Shown: positions 1 to 12,666 of the stretch, in pieces
Layout: every line of letters starts with the position of its first letter
Position numbering within the stretch: position 1 is the first letter of the stretch
Source: Eledone cirrhosa
Lineage: Eukaryota
Direction of reading: 5' to 3'
Assembly (NCBI GenBank): GCA_964016885.1
Contig: OZ024756.1
Span: forward strand, 14,694,001-14,758,000
Length of the DNA: 64,000 nucleotides
Translations under genes and position numbers: made by a program
The notes under the pieces: generated by a model
Told to the model about the DNA's origin: nothing
The model's input: the letters and a program-made list of their open reading frames with translations, nothing else
The model's database searches: none

Positions 1-212
1 CATATACACATGTACAGATACAAAGCATATACACATGCACACATACAATAACATCCATACCTGCACACACATGCAGGCATGTAGACATAATCTACCTAGT
101 TGATGTTGTGTAAATTCCAATGAGAGAGTCTTGTATCTATGTTAGAAACCGACTCTCTCTCTATTGGTAAAACTTTGTGAAATTATAAAACCAGAAGAAC
201 ATACATACATAC

Positions 213-255
<43 letters not shown>

Positions 256-257
<2 letters not shown>

Positions 258-660
258 CAGATGCGATATCACCCTGCTTCGTTGATGTCCTATCGACACC
301 AAAGTTCAACGTTTGGGTATCACACCAAACCGGAGTACTGTGATCCTTGTGACTTCCAAATATACAACCACTGACACTGTCACGAAGACCAGGAAACCAT
401 ACTCCATATATTGAACCAATTGATTGATTTGTGCGAACAAAATAACACCAAACACATATTGAACTAGGAATATTGGATCCTCGATCAATGTCCGGGTGAG
501 CAAAAATTGACTTCTATCTGCATTGGAATTTACAAACTTGTGCATCTGCTGTGGTGTCAAAAACAAACGCACATGACCGCACAGATAAACAATGGACCAT
601 GCCACGTGGCTTGAACCCGTAAGTGAATTGAAGGTTCTGCAACTCTGATACACATATTGT
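256..660 (+). mobile_element. Possible decayed non-LTR retrotransposon 3' fragment (zf-RVT-like)
   Basis: A + strand frame reads ...YCDPCDFQIYNH*HCHEDQETILHILNQL..., resembling the CxxC...ETxxH zinc knuckle at the end of LINE ORF2. It has stops and is followed by a pyrimidine-rich tract. Confidence 0.3.
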
Positions 661-1326
661 TTATTATTTATTATTAAGATGTATAAACCAGACACAACTG
701 TTATCATCCTATACTCTCTCAACGAATCACACTTGATCATATTTCTCTATCCTGTTTTCTCCCCTCATAATTATTATATTTTTATTATTTTTTATTATTG
801 TTTGAAAAAAATCGTTTTTTTTACATTGTGTTTTCCCCTCCAAATATTCGCTTATATTTCCTTATATATTCTCTATATATTTTTTATCTTTATTATTATT
901 TCCACTTTTATCCTCCTTTATATGTTACCTTATTCTTACCTTTATACCTTATTATAGTGTAATCTTCCCCATGCCTTATTATACACTATTAATTATAGAT
1001 TATTATTATTACTCTTTTTCCATTTCTAATTACCTCATGTACCTTCTCCTCCGCTATATGTATATATGTATTCTACGCCCTTTGTGTTTGTGTAGCCTCT
1101 GCGCACCCTCTGCACCATACTATCCACGCCACCCCATCTATGGTTCAGCTAACCACCCGACCCCCGAGAATGAATATGACTGCAGCTAGTAAACAAGGAC
1201 CAACACCCCACCCCCCGCACCAAAATTAGACTTATCGTCCCCTACTTTTGCTCTTTACTCTCTTTACTCTTTGTTCTTGGGTGTTTGGTTGGTAGAGTCC
1301 ATAACACCAATCAAACCCCTTTTATA

Positions 1327-1373
1327 GCTCTGATGAATCCTACGGTTACACGTAAGGAAGAAACATTGTTAGC
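1327..1373 (+). ncRNA. Type I hammerhead ribozyme motif (minimal)
   Basis: gct-CTGATGA-atcctacg gttaca cgtaaggaa-GAAA-cattg-TT-agc. The core is intact, stem II is tcctacg/cgtaagga, and stem I is short (gct/agc). Confidence 0.6.
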
Positions 1374-1664
1374 CAATAAAAATCTTTTGATGTTGTAGAC
1401 GCTCTTGTGTTCTTTTTCATATATACGGCTCTGCTCCAAAGCATAGAGCTAATTATTATGCTGCCAATACCTTAACGGGACACGGGTATACAATACCTAA
1501 CTCCTACTAACCTAAGTATATATATATATAGATATATGGATATATTGTGTGTTTAAAATTACGAGGGTTGATATACCACGTTGATATACCACGGATTTAA
1601 CCTGAAGCAAACGGAAAATACAGCATAAAGAGTAAAATGTACAGACCGTTTCAATAACTATTTC

Positions 1665-1999
<335 letters not shown>

Positions 2000-2274
2000 C
2001 TTCCACTGCCGGCACAATCCTATCACCACTATTATCACGATCAATGTCACCAATAACAACACAAGCTACATTACTTTAAAAAACACCATTACCACCAACA
2101 CCACCACCACTACCATCACAAACCACACCACCACCAATACAACCACTGTTACCACAAGTCTGCCACCACCACTGCCAGCATCACCTACCACCATAAATCA
2201 CACAACCGTCCTCAGTGCCACCACTATTACCACCGACCAACCCCTACCATTTCCTCCACCATCACTACCAGACT

Positions 2275-2428
2275 GAGAGAGATAAAGCGAGCGGGAGAGT
2301 GAACGAGTGAGAGTGAGTGAGTGACGGAGAGAGAGTGAGAGTGAGTGAGTGACGGAGAGAGAGAGAGAGAGAGAGTGAGTGACGGAGAGAGAGAGAGAGA
2401 GAGAGTGAGAGAGTGTGAGAATGTGAGA

Positions 2429-2473
<45 letters not shown>

Positions 2474-3270
2474 TGAGAGAGAGAGAGAGAGTGTGAGAGA
2501 GAGAGTCTGAGAGAGAGAGAGTGAGTGAGAGAGTGAGAGAGTGAGAGAGAGTGTGAGTGTGAGAGAGAGAGAGAGAGAGTGAGAGAGTGTGAGAGTGTGA
2601 GAGTGTGAGAGAGTAAGAGTGTGAGAGTGAGAGTGTGGGAGTGAGAGTGTGAGAGTGTGAGAGTGAGAGAGTGTGAGAGAGTAAGAGTGTGAGAGTGTGA
2701 GAGTGTGAGAGTGAGAGAGTGAGAGAGTGTGAGAGAGTAAGAGTGTGAGAGAGTGAGAGTGTGAGTGAGAGTGTGAGTGAGAGAGAGTGTGAGAGAGTGA
2801 GTGTGAGAGAGAGTGAGAGTGTGAGAGAGAGTGAGAGTGTGAGAGAGAGTGAGAGTGTGAGAGAGAGTGAGAGATGGTGGTGGTGGTGGTGGTGGTGGTG
2901 GTGGTGGTGGTGATGGTGGTGGTGGTGGTGATGATGGTGGTGGTGATGATGGTGGTCATGATGGTGGTGGTGCTGTTGATGGTGGTGGTGCTGTTGATGG
3001 TGGTGGTGGTGGTGATGGTGATGATGGTGGTGGTGCTGTTGATGGTGGTGGTGGTGATGGTGGTGGTGATGGTGGTGGTGGTGGTGGTTGTGATGCTGGT
3101 GGTGATGATGATGATGATGATGGTGGTTGTGATGGTGGTGATAGTGATAGTGATAATGGTGGTGGTGATAATGATGGTGGTGGTGACGGTGGTGGTGATG
3201 ATGATGATGATAGTGGTGATGGTGATAATGGTGGTGGTGATGGTGATGGTGGTGATGGTGATGGTGATCC
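2275..3270. repeat. (GA)n/(GAGT)n tract followed by (GGT/GAT)n microsatellite
   Basis: Direct reading; explains the poly-Thr/His/Val/Gly pseudo-ORFs. Confidence 0.95.
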
Positions 3271-3780
3271 CGGTGTGTCGTGTTGACAGGATGAAGGAGG
3301 AGGGGGCAAAGATAACTGACCAACATGGGTGGTAAATAACAACAACAACACAAAAGATCTTCACTTCCAGATGGCTACTGCTGCTGCTACTACTGCTGCT
3401 TTTGTTGTTGTTGTTGTTGTTGTTTGATGTTCATATTGTTGCAAGTGTTTTTATTGTTAATACCGTTGTTGTTGTTGTTGTAGTTGTAGTTAGCCGTTGG
3501 TATTCTTGCTGTTGTTTTTGCTGTCACCGACATGGTCAGTGTTGTTATTAGGGATGACAACCATAAGGATGCTGATGATGATGATGATGATTATGATGCG
3601 ACGGCCTTCTGCATATGTTCCGTCTACCAAACTCCTATCACAAGACATCGTACAGTCTGAGGCAGAGGTCACTTAACCTCGGTGTCATGTCCCCCGGCGC
3701 GGGACCGCATAGTTTCTTCCAGTATCTATAGCTTCTGTAGTCCTTCCTAGATTAAAACACACACACAATATATATATATA

Positions 3781-4010
3781 TATTGTTTTACTTTGGGAGG
3801 GTCATGTTGCCAATAAGAAACACACGCACCAGTTGCTTTCACTCCTATTTATAAATTAAAACATTTTTTTTTTTTTTTTTTAAAATAAAATTTATAAATT
3901 TCCAGTTGGTTGGTTGGTTCCAATTTTTCAATTTATAATAAATTGAAGTGAAAGCTACTGGTGCGTGTGTTTCTTATTGGCAACATGACCCTCCCAAAGT
4001 ATAACAATAT
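3781..4010. repeat. Fold-back inverted repeat (~80-bp arms), probable PLE terminal-repeat remnant
   Basis: tattgttttactttgggagggtcatgttgccaataagaaacacacgcaccag is mirrored by ctggtgcgtgtgtttcttattggcaacatgaccctcccaaagtataacaata. A related copy lies at ~34585-34640. Confidence 0.75.
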
Positions 4011-4064
4011 CGGTTTCAACACACGTTTTCAGATAAAGAATCTTGCTAAACAAATTCAGAAACG

Positions 4065-4102
<38 letters not shown>

Positions 4103-4179
4103 TAGATTGAGTTAGAAACTCAAAATAGTCTTTTACAATTAAATAGCTCAAGGAAGGGAATCTTTCCGAGCCGTGTAAT

Positions 4180-4751
4180 ACATTTGAATATATGAGAGGG
4201 CGGAACACCTATACAAGTATACATGTGTTCCAATTGCAAATGACCAAGTTAGCTAGGTTGAAAAAATACTAATTTAAATCAATATGGTTTGCCTGTCTCG
4301 ATTTAAAGTAATAAATCAATAAAAATAACAAACCTATATCGGGCAACTGCCTTTGATACCCGGACAGATCTAAATTCTGATAAAACCGGCTGCTATTTTA
4401 AGCGGCATGAGTATGAGGCACGCTAGGCGCTGTAACATTTGCTTTTATATCAACACATAGTTCAGTCTTCTTAGATATTTTGAAGTGAAAGGTACGAATT
4501 TCCTGGATACCCGCAGAAGAGCTCAGGAATGGTGGCTTTCACTTAATAATTCTTGTGAAACAGATTTAGATCTGTCCGGGTATCAAAGGCAGTTGCCTGA
4601 TATAAGTTTGTTTATTGATTTATTACTTTAAATCGAGTCAAGCAAACCATATTGTTTGAAATTAGTATTTTTTCAACCTAGCTGAATTGGTCATTTGCAA
4701 TTCGAACACATGTATACTTGTATCTGTGTTCAGCCCTCTCATATATTCAAT

Positions 4752-4752
<1 letters not shown>
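4180..4752. mobile_element. Fold-back element (~195-bp inverted arms) carrying a hammerhead motif; PLE-like terminal repeat
   Basis: 4180-4378 is the diverged reverse complement of 4561-4752, and (TA)n tracts lie nearby on both sides. Confidence 0.7.
4506..4584 (+). ncRNA. Type I hammerhead motif with U4>A core substitution
   Basis: gatacccg-CAGAAGA-(caggaat...attcttg)-GAAA-cagat ttag atctg-TC-cgggtatc. Stem I is a perfect 8 bp, stem III is 5 bp, and the site is GUC. Confidence 0.65.
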
Positions 4753-4782
<30 letters not shown>

Positions 4783-5154
4783 CTATATATAATTTGCTGT
4801 CGAAACGGCAAGAGCTCGGCCGTCGGGCCTCGACTCTTTGATATATTTACACTCTACTATCGCAAATATCGTGTACTCAGCTGAATACAAGTCTTACTAG
4901 TTTAACATTGGTATAATCCTGATCCCCCTCTCTCTCTCTCTCTCTCTCTCATATAGATATATAGATATATGTAGGAGGTGGGTTTTATTGTAGCACAATA
5001 AAGCAATGCAAATATCGGATAAGTAGCACTCTACAGCTTGTAGGACTGGAGTATAAATAATATAAGATCAAAAGATGGTTAAAAGTGTTCCAAGTATGTT
5101 GATTTAAAACTTCACTATTCACAAGTGTTTTTTAAGCTTCATATCATGTATCCC

Positions 5155-5225
5155 TATTGTATCTGATGAAAACGCAGATATCATCCCATGATGATATTTG
5201 TTTTTGAAATGCGCATAATAAAATA
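5155..5225 (+). ncRNA. Type I hammerhead ribozyme motif, palindromic stem III
   Basis: tattgtat-CTGATGA-aaacgcagatatcatc ccat gatgatatttgttttt-GAAA-TGCGCA-TA-ataaaata. It lies in an element (5060-5260) with 38-bp terminal inverted repeats. Confidence 0.8.
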
Positions 5226-5259
5226 CTTGGAACTCTTTTAACCATCTTTTGATCTTATA

Positions 5260-5431
5260 TTATATATATATATATATATGTATATATACAGACATACAAA
5301 AAAGTACCCACATACATATATACGTACACACACACACACACAAATACCTACATATGTAGATACACACACACACACAAAGAGCTACATATATAGATACATA
5401 CACACACAAATACGAACATACATATATAGAT

Positions 5432-5466
<35 letters not shown>

Positions 5467-5606
5467 TAGCTACATATATAGATACATACACACACAAATA
5501 CGAACATATATAGATACATACACACACAAATACCTACACATATATATATATATACACAGATACACACAAATACCTACATATATATATATACATACACACA
5601 AATACC

Positions 5607-5646
<40 letters not shown>

Positions 5647-5950
5647 CATACATACATACACACAAATACACACAAATACCTACATATATATATATATATA
5701 TATATATACATACACACAAATACCTACATACATATATATATATATATACATACATACATACACACAAATACCTACACATATATATATATACATACATACA
5801 CACAAATACCTACATATATAGATACATACATACAAATACCTATATATATATATATATATACATACAAATACCTATATATATATATATACATATAAATACC
5901 TACACATATATATCTATATATGTATATATATATATACATATATACATACG
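5260..5950. repeat. Compound (TA)/(CA) minisatellite (cacacaaatacctacatata...)
   Basis: Direct reading of the sequence. Confidence 0.85.
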
Positions 5951-5999
5951 CCGACAAAGATCAGAGGGAAGATGGCAGTAGGAATTGAAACAAAGTATA

Positions 6000-6500
6000 A
6001 ACAACTACAACTACTACTACTACTACAACAGCAACAACAACTACTAGTACAACAACTACTACTACTACTTCAACAGCAAATACTACTACTACTACTACAA
6101 CAGCAACAACAACTACTAGTACAACAACTATTACTACTACTACAACAGCAACTACTACTACTACTACAACAAAAATAACAACTACTACTACTACTACTAT
6201 TACTACTACTACTACTACAACAACAAAAACAACAATTACTACTACTACTACTACAACAGCAACTATTACTACAACAAAAATAACAACAACTACTACTACT
6301 ACAACAGCAACTACTACTACTACTACTACTACAAAAATAACAACAACAACTACTACAACTACTACTACTACAACAAAAATAACAACAACAACTACTACTA
6401 CTACAAAAACAACAACTACTACTACTACTACTACAACTTCTACAACAACAAATACAACAACTACAATAAAACCTACAACAACAACTTCTACAACAACATA
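6000..6500. repeat. (CTA)n/(CAA)n trinucleotide microsatellite
   Basis: Direct reading of the sequence. Confidence 0.9.
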
Positions 6501-6974
6501 AGCGACGCTAACATGTAAAACTGTTTGATGGTTTATAGAGGATGTAATGCGGGTGCATCACACATGGGTGTGTAGTGGTAGTAGTAGTGGTGGTGGTGGT
6601 AGGAGGGTGGAGGGGGGTGTATTGAGAACACAAGAGGCAGGTGCCGGGAATTAATGGTTTGGTCAGCTGAATTGGTGAAAAAGGGGGGTGGGGTGGAGGG
6701 GGGGTAAGGGTGATATGGTGTAGGTAGCGTCATCATCTGGGTTGGTAAGACCACCCAAGGTCAGAAGACACACACACACGTTCACACACACACACACACA
6801 CACGTTCACACACACACACACACATTCACACACACACACATTCACATGTATTGTGCTACACCAGGACGGAGGGATGTTCTGTTATTTACATTTGTTTAGG
6901 GAGTTCGTTGGCAGCATCGTTAGGGGTCTTCTCCTTCTTCGCCCCCCCCCCCCCCCCTCTGATTCCTGAGAGGG

Positions 6975-7565
6975 TCGTGGGGACAGAGTGAGTCTTCAAA
7001 CATTCCTTGCGGCGGGTCCTGTCAGAAGCAACCGTCTCCAACTGATCTGACTGGATCGCCCCAAGCGAGACCAGCCAAGCTCATGGATGTTATCCAACCA
7101 TCTTGCTTGGAATCTACCCCTGGGTCTCCTGCCTGTTGGTTTTACCCGTAAAATCTGTCCAGCGATTCTTTCCTGAGACATTCTAACCACATGCCCTTAG
7201 TATCGGAGCTGTGGTCTCTCATTTCGGAGAAGTAGCGGCTCTACCTGGAGTGGCTCCCTGATCTCCGAGCTACGCACTCTATCGAGTAATGTTACCCCAA
7301 AGACCCGTCCGATGAACCCCATTCGCTTACTTATATTCTTTCGATCATTACCCAAGGTAAAGGTTGGCACGAATACCGAATTAAAGATAACAAATTTGGC
7401 TTTTACACCTATCGCCTTTCCTCTGATTACCGAATGCCGAAGTTGGTGCTGAAGCTGCACCAACTGCTGCAATGTTTGCACTTAATTCAGCCTCCTACAT
7501 TCCATCAGCCGTGAACACAGCACAGAGATGCTTCAACTTCTCCACTTGTTTCTGTGGAACTCCTT
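6975..7565 (-). mobile_element. RTE-clade LINE 3' fragment (decayed RT C-terminus)
   Basis: Translation KAKFVIFNSVFVPTFTLG...GVTLLDRVRSSEIREPLQVEPLLLRNERPQLRY*GHVVRMSQERIAGQILRVKPTGRRPRGRFQARWLDNI matches the RTE 'LRWxGHVxRM...GRRPRGRP..RW.D' motif. Confidence 0.85.
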
Positions 7566-7768
7566 TGACGAGAATGTGTGCGTATATATATTCACGAGTA
7601 TGTGTAATTATTTCTACTTTTGTTTCTACTTTTGGCGAAATCTTTTTTTTAAAAATCCCTGGGAGAAAGAATTAAAAAAAAAAACGTACCCAGAGACGTC
7701 TGCTGCATGAAAACCTAATAGTAAAGTGAGTGCTCCATACTGGGGCACTACCATTGGTAAGCCAAATA

Positions 7769-7890
7769 CAGGAGTCCCCCGGTATTCGCGGGGATTACGT
7801 TCCTAGAGCACTCGTGAAGTGTGAAAAGCCGCGAATAGTGGACATGGTCCATAAGAATACCTATAAACGTCAAAATATAACGTAAAATAT
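7769..7890 (+). mobile_element. Tigger/pogo-like MITE end fragment
   Basis: TA|caggagtcccccggtattcgcggggattacgttcc resembles Tigger TIRs (CAGTAGTCCCCC..ATCCGCGGGG..ACGTTCC). An inverted copy lies at 26297-26416. Confidence 0.55.
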
Positions 7891-8078
7891 AATTGTTTCT
7901 ACTTTTGGCACAAGGCCAGCAATTAACCCAGTGTATTACTGGTACTTTATTTTATCGACCCCGTAAGGATGAAAGGCAAAGTTAACCTCGGCGGGATTTG
8001 AACTCAGAATGGCAAGGGGCGTAACTCTTTGCTGCAAAGCATGTCGTCCGACCCTCTACCGATACTGGCAATCCACCA
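7891..8078 (-). mobile_element. tRNA-derived SINE, family A
   Basis: Reverse complement of ggcagtatcggtagagggtcggacg...ctgagttcaaatcccgccgaggttaactttgcctttcatccttacggggtcgataaaataaagtaccag...gtagaaacaatt. It has A/B-box-like motifs and more than 10 copies in the window. Confidence 0.85.
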
Positions 8079-8640
8079 CGTTGTTGCGGATCCACCGTGG
8101 ACCCTTTCGGCCTCCACCCGCTTTCGTGTCGCTTTAGTGCCTGCCGCCTTCCACGCCATGCTGCCCTCAACGAGGTCATAAAGCACGGCTTGGATACTGC
8201 AGGCTTCCCCTCCCAGGGCTGGACCGAGGGGACGGCAAAAGGCCAGACGGCATGACTATCTTCTCGTTCCGCGGTGGCAAACCCCTCGCCTGGGGTGCCA
8301 CTTGCAGCGACACTTTCTCCAGTCGCAATGCACTACGGGCCGAGGGGCTAACTCTCCAAGTACCCGGTCGCTCTCCGACAGGTTTGCGGTCGTGCCCTTG
8401 GCAGTGGAGACTTCTGGTGTCCTTGGCCCTAGGGCTACCTCTCTGCTCACCACCATAGGCGTTGAGCTGGCCAGCCGCAGGTGTGAGCCTCGCGAGATGG
8501 AATGGATCTTCCAGCGAATGTCCCTTACCATCCTCCGGGAAAACACCTTCTCCATTCTGTCTGTCCGCCGGGGTTGTGGGCGACCAGCACGTGGGACCCC
8601 ATTTGCTCACTTTACAGAGAGATTGAGGCGATGACGGTGG
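8079..8640 (+). mobile_element. CRE/R2-group (RLE endonuclease) non-LTR retrotransposon 3' fragment
   Basis: Reads [17 protein letters not shown]...[10 protein letters not shown]...[16 protein letters not shown]...LAWGATCSDTF...VPLAVETSGVLGP...FQRMSLTILREN, i.e. a CCHC knuckle plus PD-(D/E)xK RLE motif. Frameshifted. Confidence 0.8.
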
Positions 8641-8780
8641 GAATTCGACTCTTCCGAGTTCGGACACATTGTACCTGTCAAGAGTGTATATTGATGTACA
8701 AACACAAACAAACACTATGGCAGTGCCCCAGCATGTGTGAGTGTATATATATATTTACGAGTGTGTACAAGTATATATAG

Positions 8781-9062
8781 TGGAGGCACGTGGCCTAGTG
8801 GTAAGGGTGTTGGACTTACGATCATAATGTCGTGGGCTCGATTCCTGGGCTACGTGTTGTGTTCTTGAGCAAAACACTTCATTTCACGTTGCTCCAGTAT
8901 ACTCAGCTGAAAATGAGTACCAGCAATAGCTGGAGGTTTAACCCTGCGATCGACTGGCGTCCTGTCCAGGGGGGAGTCTTGTACTCTCAGTCGCTTCACG
9001 CCATGAAGCCGGGATAAGCACCGGCCAAATGAGCCTTCTGGCTTAAGACAGACTTTAGACAA
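8781..9062 (+). mobile_element. tRNA-derived SINE, family B (CORE-like domain)
   Basis: A box tggcctagtgg, B box ggctcgattcc, then tgtgttcttgagcaaaacactt (CORE-like). Relatives lie at 14335-14542(-), 30110-30480(+) and 62150-62376(-). Confidence 0.8.
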
Positions 9063-9112
9063 GTATATATATTTACGAATGTGTTCGTGTATATATATTT
9101 ACGAGTATGTGT

Positions 9113-9157
<45 letters not shown>

Positions 9158-9779
9158 CGTGTGCAACCGGTGGTTGAATATATGGTTATGTTATATACAC
9201 ATAATACACGTGTTGTGTGGGATGATGATGATGATGCATTCCGGTTTCTTTACCAAATTCAGTTCTTACTGTAACTACAGTACGTCTTTACAAAATAATG
9301 TATAACACCACCACCTCTCCAACTACAACAACAATACCACCACCCACACAACCACAACCACCACCACCTCACCAATTACAACAACAATACCACCAACACC
9401 ACCATCATGACCTCACCAACTACAACAATACCACCACCCACACAACCACCACCACCACCACCTCTCCAACTACAACAACAATACCACCACCAACACCTCA
9501 CCAACTACAACAACAATACCACCACCCACACAACCACCACCACCTCTCCAACTACAACAACAATACCACCACCACCAACAATAGCGTAACGGGAGAAAGA
9601 ATAAAGAATGTGTCACATTCGTCCGTGAGAGGGCGTTGTTAGTACATTAAGTAGTAGTGGGGTGGGGGAGGGATGGTGTGGTGGGGGAGGGTGGAGATGT
9701 GGAAGTGGATGGAATGCTTATAACAAGTGCCTATTGCATGAAATATAGGGGGTGGTGGTGTGGTACGGAGGAGTAGGGT

Positions 9780-10720
9780 TGTGGATGTGGCGTGGTAGGT
9801 GTGGCGTGGTGTGTTAGGTGTGGTATTGTGTGGTATGGTGTGGTGTGGTATGGTGTGGTGTGGTATGGTGCGGTAATTGTGGTGTAGTGTAGTGTAGTGT
9901 AGTGTGGTGTGGTGTAGTGTAGTGTAGTGTGGTGTGGTGTAGTGTGGTGTAGTGTGGTGTGTTAGGTATGGTGTGGTGTGGTGTGGTGTGGTGTGGTGTG
10001 GTGTGGTGTGGTATGGTGTGGTGTGGTATGGTGTGGTGTAGTGTGGTATGGTGTGGTGTGGTGTGGTGGGGTGGGGTAGGGTGTGGTGTGATGTGGTAGG
10101 GTGTGGTGTGGTGGGGTGTGGTATGGTGTGGTGTGGTGGGGTGTGGTATGGTGTGGTGTAGTGTGGTGTGGTAATTGTGGTATGGTGTAGTGTGGTGTAG
10201 TGTAGTGTAGTGTAGTGTAGTGGGGTGCGGTGTGGTGTGGTGTGGTGGGGCAAGGTGGGGTGGGTGGGATGTGGTGGGGGTGTGGTGTGGTGGGGTGGGG
10301 TGGGATGGGGTGTGGTGTGGTATGGTGTGGTGTGGTGTGTTAGGTGTGGTATGGTGCGGTGTGGTATGGTGTAGTGTGGTATGGTGCGGTAATTGTGGTG
10401 TAGTGTGGTGTGTTAGGTGTGGTGTATTAGGTATGATGGGGTGTGGTATTGTGTGGTGTGGTATGGTGTGGTGTGGTATTGTGTGGTGTGGTATTGTGTG
10501 GTGTGGTATTGTGTGGTGTGGTATGGTGTGGTGTGGTATTGTGTGGTGTGGTATTGTGTGGTGTGGTATGGTGTGGTGTGGTGTGTTAGGTGTGGTATGG
10601 TATGGTGGGGTGTGTTAGGTGTGGTGTGGTGTGTTAGGTGTGGTATGGTATGGTGTGGTGTGTTAGGTGTGGTATGGTATGGTGTGGTGTGGTGTGTTAG
10701 ATGGATTGAATGGTGGGGTG
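9780..10720. repeat. (GTGTG/GTATG/GTAGT)n pentanucleotide simple repeat
   Basis: Direct reading; a second tract lies at 35935-36535. Confidence 0.9.
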
Positions 10721-11092
10721 GGGTCGTAGACATAGGGATAGGTAGTCTCCGGTACTTACGAGTGTCTTTGACTAATTGCTACCCGCTTTTAACTAGTGGT
10801 AGATAGAGGTAGGGCGGGAGAAGAAGAGTGAGAGGGGAACTAGATGGAGAGAGATGGGGAGAGGAAGGAGAGGGAGGGGGAGAAGGCGATGAAGGAGGGG
10901 GAGGGGGAGAAGGCGATGAAGAAGGGAGAGGGGGAGACGGAGAGAGGGAGGAAGTGAAAGGAAGAAAGATAGGGAGAGAGAGTAAACCAGAGAGACAAAC
11001 AGGGAGAGAGAAAAACATCACAGCCAAAAACAACAATGAAACAGTTCTAGTCCTGTAGAAGTCATTTCTATATGAAATAAATACGAGTCTTC

Positions 11093-11859
11093 TACACTAA
11101 TATATTAAGTTCTCTCCACTAATGTATTAAGTACTCTCCACTAATATATTAAGTACTCTCCACTAATGTATTAAGTACTCTCTACTAATATATTAAGTAC
11201 TCTCCACTAATGTATTAAGTACTCTCCACTAATGTATTAAGTACTCTTCACTAATATATTAAGTACTCTCCACTAATATATTAACTACTCTCCACTAATA
11301 TATTAACTACTCTCCACTAATATATTAAGTACTCTCCACTAATGTATTAAGTACTCTCCACTAATGTATTAATTACTCTCTACTAATATATTAAGTACTC
11401 TCCACTAATATATTAAGTACTCTCTACTAATGTATTAAGTACTCTCCACTAATATATTAAGTACTCTCCACTAATATATTAAGTACTCTCTACTAATATA
11501 TTAAGTACTCTCTACTAATATATTAAGTACTCTCCACTAATATATTAAGTACTCTCCACTAATGTATTAAGTACTCTCCACTAATATATTAAGTACTCTC
11601 CACTAATGTATTAAGTACTCTCTACTAATATATTAAGTACTCTCCACTAATGTATTAAGTACTCTCTACTAATGTATTAAGTACTCTCCACTAATGTATT
11701 AAGTACTCTCCACTAATGTATTAAGTACTCTCCACTAATGTATTAAGTACCATCTACTAATATATTAAGTACTCTCTACTAATGTATTAAGTACTCTCTA
11801 CTAATATATTAAGTACTCTCTACTAATGCATTGATTACTCTCTACTAATGTATTGAGTA
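11093..11859. repeat. 22-bp minisatellite (ctaatatattaagtactctcca), ~35 copies
   Basis: Period of 22 read from successive 'actaat' motifs; few variant positions. Confidence 0.95.
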
Positions 11860-11906
11860 CACACATATATACATACACACACATATATATATATATATAC
11901 ACACAC

Positions 11907-11968
<62 letters not shown>

Positions 11969-11971
<3 letters not shown>

Positions 11972-12080
11972 TCCTTCTGATGATCTAGTTAAGCTAACAA
12001 CGTATTTAAAATTGAGCGGCACAGCTTCAAGTGTTCAGCAATTTTTAGACAACTTTATCAGTGAAACAATTGTTAGACTG
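11969..12080 (+). ncRNA. Type I hammerhead motif with very long stem/loop II
   Basis: cagtc(ct)t-CTGATGA-[79 nt]-GAAA-CAATTG-TT-agactg. The core is intact, stem III is palindromic, and stem I is cagtc(t)/agactg. It starts directly after a (TA)n tract. Confidence 0.55.
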
Positions 12081-12629
12081 TAAATAGAACCCTTTTTTGT
12101 ACTGTTGACCATGTTATTCTTCACTCTTTCAATATTATTACTCCAAGATAAACTTACATAGGAATTCAAGAGAACTCACAAACTCGCCACCTACTGAAAC
12201 CCCTTGTTGAGTCAAACAACGCCGTACGCTAAAACTATCCACAATATTGAGTATTCACAACCTCTAACTGGATTACCTATAACGATATTTTGTTATCCCT
12301 TATATATGCTAAACAAATTCAGAAATGAAATATATATATATATATATATATATATGCAAACGTTCTATTTAAATTGTTGGGATACAACAAGCAAATATTT
12401 TTATAACTGATATAAAGCACTCAACAAGTATTTGGAGTAAACATACGATATTAAACAAATGGAAACTATATTTATAAAACTATATTTATTTCATTATACA
12501 TATTTCAAGGACACCAAGTCAAATTATGGTGCGCTTTCATCAGATAAAGTATAATATAGATCAGTTTTATAAAAAAATATTGACATACCCTTAAAAAATG
12601 CAACCATTTCTGTTGGAAGCTCCCGGATA

Positions 12630-12664
<35 letters not shown>

Positions 12665-12666
<2 letters not shown>

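Noticed and set aside
8781-8860. tRNA gene
   Set aside because: The tRNA-like head continues into a multicopy SINE body and has no proper acceptor stem.
12522-12552. Minus-strand ctgatgaaagcgc as a hammerhead
   Set aside because: CUGAUGA and GAAA overlap with no stem II.
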